Shown piece by piece: positions 57,804 through 64,000 of a DNA stretch of 64,000 bases (position 1 is its first letter; each line of letters opens with the position of its first letter). The notes under the pieces are model-generated. The model was not told the DNA's origin. It saw only the letters and a program-made list of their open reading frames with translations, and searched no databases. The DNA is from a virus. The stretch lies in the IMG/VR virus record IMGVR_UViG_3300046468_002660. One strand, given 5' to 3'. A program made the position numbers and the translations under genes.

Positions 57804-58316
57804 ATGGCTGGAACAGCAACAGATAAAGAAAAATTAAACACCACACTCGAAAAAGTTTGTAATATTTTTGACAAACATAAAATAGAGGAATGGTTTATTA
57901 TGTATGGCACTCTGTTAGGTATAGTTCGAGAAGATAGCTGTATAGAAGGCGATGATGATTTAGACTTTATGGTTCCAGCTAGTAGTTTTGAAAACATTAA
58001 ATCTATTTTCACAGAAGAAGGCTTTCAATTTACTTCTGATTTCGGAATTGGAGATTCTACTAATATTTTAAAAACAGTTCCTTGTGATAAATATGGGTCT
58101 ATTGATTTTTATATGTTCGAAAAATATGAATCTGGTGACGTCTATTCGCGATGGAGTAGCGTCACTGCAACTAACTGCTATCCCATCGCAAAAAAAGAAT
58201 GGAGATCACAAACTTTAAATTTACCCAATGAGTATTTGAAAAAAGTAATCAATATGTATGGACCAAACTGGGAAAAGCCTAGCGGCGCATCAGCGCCAAT
58301 GCATAGCACCTTTTAA
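57804..58316 (+). CDS. LicD/fukutin-family nucleotidyl(phospho)transferase
   Basis: YGTLLGIVRE...GDDDLD, IDFY, YGPNWEKP. Confidence 0.8.
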   Translation: MAGTATDKEKLNTTLEKVCNIFDKHKIEEWFIMYGTLLGIVREDSCIEGDDDLDFMVPASSFENIKSIFTEEGFQFTSDFGIGDSTNILKTVPCDKYGSIDFYMFEKYESGDVYSRWSSVTATNCYPIAKKEWRSQTLNLPNEYLKKVINMYGPNWEKPSGASAPMHSTF

Positions 58317-58569
58317 AGATGTTGCACCCTTCTCACAACAAAACTTATGACATCTCAATTTTAGGTTTTGGAATTTTTTCGTTTTGTTTTTTTTGATACT
58401 TATCAAAAAAACTGTTTTCAAATTTCGCAATTAAAAATAACTTCAGTCTTAATTTCTTACCTCTTCCATCGTGGTATCCTGCTAGTGCATATCGATACCA
58501 TGTATTTTTACAAAAAAATAAAATAATAAAAGATTAGAATAATCAGCTTGTAAAACACATAATATATAT

Positions 58570-58944
58570 GTGTCTAAATTATTAGATTTTCATTTTAACA
58601 AAATAAAATCAAACCCTAACTACTGCATAGGCGTTTATATCAACAATAATTTTCCTTTTGATGAAAACTTAATTCTTAGCCAAATGGCTAAAACTAAAAT
58701 GCAGCTTACCCCATCTTTTTTTTGCGTTCAATCGCGCGATTTAAGTTTTTTAAAACAAATTAACCAAATTTATTCTGATCAAATTTTAAACTTCACGAAT
58801 GAATTATTTGATTTGTTATCTCTTACGATTGTTTCCTCCAAACAATCCCTTCCTGAAAAACTTTTGAAAAAAGAGATAATTAGTTGTAGCGATTCATCTT
58901 ACTATTTTCGTTTTAATAAAAAATTAATTTCTAAATTTGTATGA
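58570..58944 (+). CDS. hypothetical protein
   Basis: ORF overlapping the next start (ATGA). Confidence 0.5.
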   Translation: MSKLLDFHFNKIKSNPNYCIGVYINNNFPFDENLILSQMAKTKMQLTPSFFCVQSRDLSFLKQINQIYSDQILNFTNELFDLLSLTIVSSKQSLPEKLLKKEIISCSDSSYYFRFNKKLISKFV

Positions 58945-59795
58945 AAAAGTTTTCCTTTATCTTATGCTCTAGGAATGATAATTATTGTGATAACCCTATA
59001 TCCAGGCTATCCAATACTTTGAATTTTCTTGGGGATTTTTTATATAAATTAAATTTATTAGATTCCAGCGAATGTATCGTTGCAGACTGGGGCTCGGAAA
59101 ATAATTTTATTTTTGAATCAATTAAATTAAATAATTATACAAAAACAATTCTCAAGTACGTTTTAATTCCACCACAGATTTGTAAAAATTATAACGACAA
59201 TTCTCCATTTTCTCAAGTTCATGCGTTGAACTGTTGTTTTAGACGTTCTTGCGGAACTTATATAATTAAGCTAGATCAAGATACAATATTAGGACCCTCT
59301 TTAATTCATTGGTTAAGTTCTAGGAATAAACTTCCAAACATCAGCTTTTCAACTCGAAGAAACTTAACTCCAATTCAATCTAGATTACTATCTAATTTTA
59401 TCGTTAGTCAAAATAAATATAAACAAGTTCCAATAGACAACTATCATTATGCCTTCAATAAAATTGTCAATAATTCTATACTACCTTTTCATGGAGGTGT
59501 TTGCGGCACACTTGTTTTAAAAAGAGATCTCTTCGAAAAAGTTTCTGGGTTTAATGAAGAATTAATTTATCAAAACAATTTCGAAATTGATTTATTAAAC
59601 AGGTTGAGTTCAAAATATTCTATTTACAATTTAGGCTTAAAATTAGATTTTGATATTTACCATCAATACCACTCTAATGACGATAAAGCTTACAGATTTT
59701 CAAACTCAAATTTATATAGAAAAAACGTTTTACCAAATAATAATAAAAAAAATTGGGGTTTAATAAATGAAAAATTAGAAATTTTCGAATATTAA
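58941..59795 (+). CDS. GT2/GT7-like glycosyltransferase
   Basis: CSRNDNY, VADWGS, KLDQD (DxD), GFNEEL, YHQYH. Confidence 0.7.
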   Translation: MKKFSFILCSRNDNYCDNPISRLSNTLNFLGDFLYKLNLLDSSECIVADWGSENNFIFESIKLNNYTKTILKYVLIPPQICKNYNDNSPFSQVHALNCCFRRSCGTYIIKLDQDTILGPSLIHWLSSRNKLPNISFSTRRNLTPIQSRLLSNFIVSQNKYKQVPIDNYHYAFNKIVNNSILPFHGGVCGTLVLKRDLFEKVSGFNEELIYQNNFEIDLLNRLSSKYSIYNLGLKLDFDIYHQYHSNDDKAYRFSNSNLYRKNVLPNNNKKNWGLINEKLEIFEY

Positions 59796-59811
59796 TATAA
59801 TATATATTACG

Positions 59812-60744
59812 ATGAAAGTTTTAGTTACAGGTGGAGCTGGATATGTTGGTTCAGTTCTTGTGCGCAAATTATTGCAAAAAGGTTTTAAAGTATGCGTCGT
59901 AGATAATCTCATGTATGATAATGGGTTCACCCTCATTCCTCACTTCAATACTCCTAAATTTCAATTTATAAAAGGAGATGTTAGAGATAAAAAGTTAATG
60001 AAAAGCCTTGTTCATAATTTTGAACATGTTGTTCATTTAGCTGCTATTGTAGGTTTTCCAGCTTGTAGAAAAAATCCGCAATTAGCTAGAGAAGTTAACG
60101 TTCATTCAACAAAGCTTATTTCTTCCTTACTCTCAAAAGATCAAGGAATTGTTTATGCCTCAACAGGTTCAAACTACGGAATTATTGAAAATGAAATCTG
60201 CACAGAAGAAACTCCATTAAATCCAATCAGTCTTTACGGGAAAACAAAAACAAAAGCCGAAGAAATATTTTTAAATGAAAATGGTGCTGTCGCTTATCGT
60301 TTCGCTACAGCTTTTGGTCTTTCTCCTAGAATGAGGTTAGATTTATTAATTAATGATTTTGTTTATCAAGCTATTAACAATAAAACCCTTGTTATGTTTG
60401 AAAAATCATTTAAAAGAACTTTTATCCACGTTAATGATATGGCTGACAGTATTATATATGCAATTGAAAATTATGATAGCATGAAAAATAACACTTATAA
60501 TGTCGGCGGCGATTTTAATAATTACAACAAAGAAGAAATAGCACTTATGATAAAAGAAAGAGTAGATTATTATTTACATTTTGCTGAATTTGGTGAAGAT
60601 GAAGATAAAAGAAACTATGAAGTGTCTTATAAAAAAATAAATGATAAAGGTTTTCATATAAAAACAACTGTACAAGATGGAATTAATGAATTAATAAAAG
60701 CTTGTCCAGCATTAGATGTAAGGAGTAAATATAAAAATGTATAA
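59812..60744 (+). CDS. NAD-dependent sugar epimerase/dehydratase (extended SDR)
   Basis: GGAGYVG, HLAAIVG, YGKTK. Confidence 0.88.
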   Translation: MKVLVTGGAGYVGSVLVRKLLQKGFKVCVVDNLMYDNGFTLIPHFNTPKFQFIKGDVRDKKLMKSLVHNFEHVVHLAAIVGFPACRKNPQLAREVNVHSTKLISSLLSKDQGIVYASTGSNYGIIENEICTEETPLNPISLYGKTKTKAEEIFLNENGAVAYRFATAFGLSPRMRLDLLINDFVYQAINNKTLVMFEKSFKRTFIHVNDMADSIIYAIENYDSMKNNTYNVGGDFNNYNKEEIALMIKERVDYYLHFAEFGEDEDKRNYEVSYKKINDKGFHIKTTVQDGINELIKACPALDVRSKYKNV

Positions 60745-61669
60745 AAAAATATTAATAACAGGTGGTTCAGGTTTTTTGGGTCGCCAAATTGTAAAAGAAT
60801 GTGAACAAGAGTTTGAAGTTCTAGCTCCCAGGAGTTCTGAGTTCAACCTTTATGATTATGAATCAACTTCTAGTTTCATAAAAGAGCATAAGCCAGAAGT
60901 TGTTATTCATTCAGCAGCTTACTATGGAGGTTTAAATATTAATGTTGAAGAGCCTGCAAATCTTTTCAGGAACAACACGATCATGACAACCAACATTTAT
61001 GAAGCTTCTGCTAAACATGGAGTAAAAAAAGTTGTAGCTGTTGGCTCGGCCTGCGCTTATCCAGGAAATGTTGTGGGTGACATGAAAGAAGAAGATTTTT
61101 GGAGTGGTCCAATGCACGATTCTGTTATTGGTTATGGATCTTCTAAAAAAATACAGTTAATCGCTCAAAAATCTTATTTCCAACAATATGGTTTATTAGG
61201 CAACCACTTAGCTTTAACTAATTTATACGGCGAACATGATGTTTTTCAGGTTTATCGAGCGCATGTTGTTTCAGCTTTAATTAAAAGATTTTCTGATGAA
61301 ATTAACAATCCTTCTATCACAAACTGGGGTGACGGAAGTCCAGTTAGAGAATTTTTATATGTAAAAGATGCCGCAAAAGCGATTCGCTTGACTGTTAATT
61401 CCGAACCTGATCTTGAACCGATAAATATTGGCACAGGAGTAGGAACATCTATTAAAGAATTAGCTGAGCTTACTGCAAAATATATGAATTATCAAGGAGA
61501 ATTAAAGTGGGATACTTCCAAACCTAATGGGGTAATGAGAAAAGTTCTTGATGTAACAAGAATGAATCAAGCTTTACCAGAATTTACACCTATTTCTTTC
61601 GAAGAAGGTTTGCAAAAAACTATAAAATGGTATCTAGAAAATAAAGAATCTGCTGATTCTAGAGAGTAA
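60737..61669 (+). CDS. fcl: GDP-L-fucose synthase-family protein
   Basis: GGSGFLG, GSACAYP, YGSSK, NLYG, WGDGSPVREFLYV, KPNGVMRK. Confidence 0.85.
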   Translation: MYKKILITGGSGFLGRQIVKECEQEFEVLAPRSSEFNLYDYESTSSFIKEHKPEVVIHSAAYYGGLNINVEEPANLFRNNTIMTTNIYEASAKHGVKKVVAVGSACAYPGNVVGDMKEEDFWSGPMHDSVIGYGSSKKIQLIAQKSYFQQYGLLGNHLALTNLYGEHDVFQVYRAHVVSALIKRFSDEINNPSITNWGDGSPVREFLYVKDAAKAIRLTVNSEPDLEPINIGTGVGTSIKELAELTAKYMNYQGELKWDTSKPNGVMRKVLDVTRMNQALPEFTPISFEEGLQKTIKWYLENKESADSRE

Positions 61670-61760
61670 TTTTTTACCCCCCCTTTTTTAAAAAATTTAA
61701 TGAAACTTTTTTTTTAGTTCTTCGGGGTCTATTTAGTGTAACTTAGACTTATAAGCTGTT

Positions 61761-64000
61761 ATGTCTAGGTCTGAGTTAGTAGGTTCTTTCGGTAAAGAAG
61801 AAAAAACCCACTCTTTTATGGGGAGTGGTGAGTCTTCTTTTGTTACTGATCCTATAGATATAAGTGTTCATGCCACTCATTCTTACCATTTTTATGTTAA
61901 TAATGATGGTTCTAATGATGTTAATGCAGCTATTTACGTCACAAATTCAGGTGTTAATGCTCCTGCAAATGAATGGACTATTATTTTTAATGCAACTATT
62001 TCTCCCAAAAGTGAAGAGGTTTTTCATTTTAAAGAAGTTTTTAATTTCAAGTATTCAAAAATATCTTTTACAGGAACTTCCTTAAGCGGTTTACTTGAAG
62101 TTTCTGAAGCTCATACTCCTTGGTACAGGCCAATTTTTGATTATAATTTTTCTACACCTACGCCTCCGCCAACAGAAACTGAAACACCTGTTACTGAAAC
62201 AACAACAGCGACTGCGACAGCAACAACAACAGAAACCGAAACGCCTGTTACTGAAACAACAACAGAAACTGCAACAGCCACAGCAACAGAAACTGCAACA
62301 GCCACAGCAACAGAAACTGCAACAGCCACAGCTACAGAAACTGCAACAGCCACAGCAACAGAAACTGCAACAGCCACAGCTACAGAAACTGCAACAGCCA
62401 CAGCTACAGAAACTGCAACAGCCACAGCAACAGAAACTGCAACAGCTACAGAAACTGCGACAGCGACAGCTACAGAAACTGCAACAGCTACAGAAACTGG
62501 AACAGCTACAGCTACAGAAACTGCAACAGCTACAGAAACTGGAACAGCTACAGCTACAGAAACTGGAACAACTACAGAAACTGCGACAGCGACAGCTACA
62601 GAAACTGGAACAGCGACAGCTACAGAAACTGGAACAGCGACAGCTACAGAAACTGGAACAGCTACAGAAACTGCGACAGCGACAGCTACAGAAACTAGAA
62701 CAGCTACAGAAACTGCGACAGCGACAGCGACAGCTACAGAAACTGGAACAGATACAGAAACTGGAACAGATACAGAAACTGCGACAGCGACAGCTACAGA
62801 AACTGCGACAGCGACAGCTACAGAAACTGGAACAGCTACAGAAACTGGAACAGATACAGCTACAGAAACTGGAACAGCTACAGAAACTGCGACAGCGACA
62901 GCTACAGAAACTGGAACAGCTACAGAAACTGCGACAGCGACAGCTACAGAAACTGGAACAGCTACAGAAACTGGAACAGCTACAGAAACTGGAACAGCTA
63001 CAGAAACTGGAACAGCTACAGAAACTGCAACAGCTACAGAAACTGCAACAGCTACAGAAACTGCAACAGCTACAGAAACTGCAACAGCTACAGAAACTGC
63101 AACGGCTACAGAAACTGCAACAGCTACAGAAACTGCAACAGCTACAGAAACTGACACTGAAATTATAGTTGTTCCTGGCACACCTACAGCTACAGAAACT
63201 ACAACAGCTACAGAAACTACAACGGCTACAGAAACTACAACAGCTACAAAAACTGCAACAGCTACAGAAACTGCAACAGCTACAGAAACTGCAACAGCTA
63301 CAGAAACTGCGACAGCTACAGCTACAGAAACTGCTACAGCTACAGAAACTGCTACAGCTACAGAAACTGCAACAGCTACAGCTACAGAAACTGCGACAGC
63401 TACAGAAACTGCAACAGCTACAGAAACTGCGACAGCTACAGAAACTGCAACAGCTACAGCTACAGAAACTGCAACAGCTACAGCTACAGAAACTGCGACA
63501 GCTACAGAAACTGCAACAGCGACAGCAACAGAAACTGCGACAGCGACAGCTACAGAAACTGCAACAGCCACAGAAACTGCAACAGCCACAGAAACTGCAA
63601 CAGCCACAGAAACTGCAACAGCCACAGCAACAGAAACTGCAACAGCCACAGCAACAGAAACTGCAACAGCAACAGCCACAGCCACAGCAACAGAAACTGC
63701 AACAGCCACAGCAACAGCCACAGCAACAGAAACTGCAACAGCCACAGAAACTGCAACAGCCACAGCAACAGAAACTGCAACAGCCACAGCAACAGCCACA
63801 GCAACAGAAACTGCAACAGCCACAGCAACAGAAACTGCAACAGCCACAGCAACAGCCACAGCAACAGAAACTGCAACAGCCACAGCAACAGAAACTGCAA
63901 CAGCCACAGCAACAGAAACTGCAACAGCCACAGCTACAGAAACTGCAACAGCCACAGCTACAGAAACTGCAACAGCCACAGCAACAGAAACTGCAACAGC
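61761..64000 (+). CDS. large Thr-rich mucin-like repeat protein (3'-truncated), probably a virion fibre/appendage
   Basis: Open frame from ATG 61761 (MSRSELVGSFG...), absent from the ORF track because it has no stop in the window; ~130-aa beta domain followed by ~600 aa of TET(A/G)TATA repeats. Confidence 0.85.
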   Translation, partial: MSRSELVGSFGKEEKTHSFMGSGESSFVTDPIDISVHATHSYHFYVNNDGSNDVNAAIYVTNSGVNAPANEWTIIFNATISPKSEEVFHFKEVFNFKYSKISFTGTSLSGLLEVSEAHTPWYRPIFDYNFSTPTPPPTETETPVTETTTATATATTTETETPVTETTTETATATATETATATATETATATATETATATATETATATATETATATATETATATATETATATETATATATETATATETGTATATETATATETGTATATETGTTTETATATATETGTATATETGTATATETGTATETATATATETRTATETATATATATETGTDTETGTDTETATATATETATATATETGTATETGTDTATETGTATETATATATETGTATETATATATETGTATETGTATETGTATETGTATETATATETATATETATATETATATETATATETATATETATATETDTEIIVVPGTPTATETTTATETTTATETTTATKTATATETATATETATATETATATATETATATETATATETATATATETATATETATATETATATETATATATETATATATETATATETATATATETATATATETATATETATATETATATETATATATETATATATETATATATATATETATATATATATETATATETATATATETATATATATATETATATATETATATATATATETATATATETATATATETATATATETATATATETATATATETAT
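62170..64000 (+). repeat. coding tandem repeat of 18-30 bp units (ACAGAAACTGCAACAGCT variants)
   Basis: Directly visible; two sub-arrays separated by a unique EIIVVPGTPT spacer at ~63160-63190. Confidence 0.97.

Noticed and set aside
58319-58537. Possible gene remnant with an in-frame TGA (58394), or stop-codon recoding
   Set aside because: Short, with no recognisable family. TGA and TAG terminate many normal genes in this window, so recoding is unsupported.
404-61434. Many short antisense or overlapping ORFs in the track (e.g. 404-652, 14597-14908, 26450-26908, 53870-54199)
   Set aside because: They lie opposite or inside well-supported genes and have no motifs or regulatory signals.
62095-63979. 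ORF-track proteins LQKLQQ (62095-63168 +), VAVSVA (62141-63979 -) and LLWLLQF (63550-63924 -)
   Set aside because: Alternative-frame shadows of the stop-poor repeat. The frame from ATG 61761 has a proper start, an upstream motif and a unique N-terminal domain.
62170-64000. CRISPR array or non-coding satellite
   Set aside because: No unique spacers; all units are multiples of 3 (mostly 6) nt and keep an open frame.
1-64000. tRNA/rRNA genes, integrase, transposase; a specific host assignment
   Set aside because: None recognised by eye. The host cannot be determined from this window without a search.

Overview
A ~64 kb AT-rich segment of a large tailed dsDNA phage, read with standard genetic code 11. 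It is probably a siphovirus (tail tube and tape measure present, no sheath gene seen) and probably aquatic. Left to right: (1) small minus-strand early genes with leaderless sigma70-type promoters, separated by an 80-bp twin-palindrome repeat; (2) phoH, a sigma-like factor, an ERCC4 nuclease, terminase, portal, gmd, protease/scaffold, capsid, neck and tail genes; (3) a 3443-aa tape measure protein (TMP); (4) tail-tip genes; (5) a minus-strand ssDNA-binding/recombination/sigma/kinase block; (6) class I nrdA; (7) a ~12 kb glycosyltransferase/sulfotransferase/LicD/GDP-fucose cluster; (8) a mucin-like Thr-rich repeat protein that runs off the window. The strongest candidate for an undescribed system is the TMP. 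Its central ~1800 aa are divided by 11 copies of a [S/A]xG[F/Y/L][I/V/L]PNF-type motif into unrelated cassettes, including an R-S-E ADP-ribosyltransferase-like domain and two PD-(D/E)xK nuclease-like domains. This suggests a modular, possibly proteolytically released effector payload injected with the TMP. The second candidate is a phage-encoded sulfated-fucose glycosylation pathway with candidate Thr/Pro acceptor tracts on virion proteins. All calls come from reading motifs by eye; no database searches were run.
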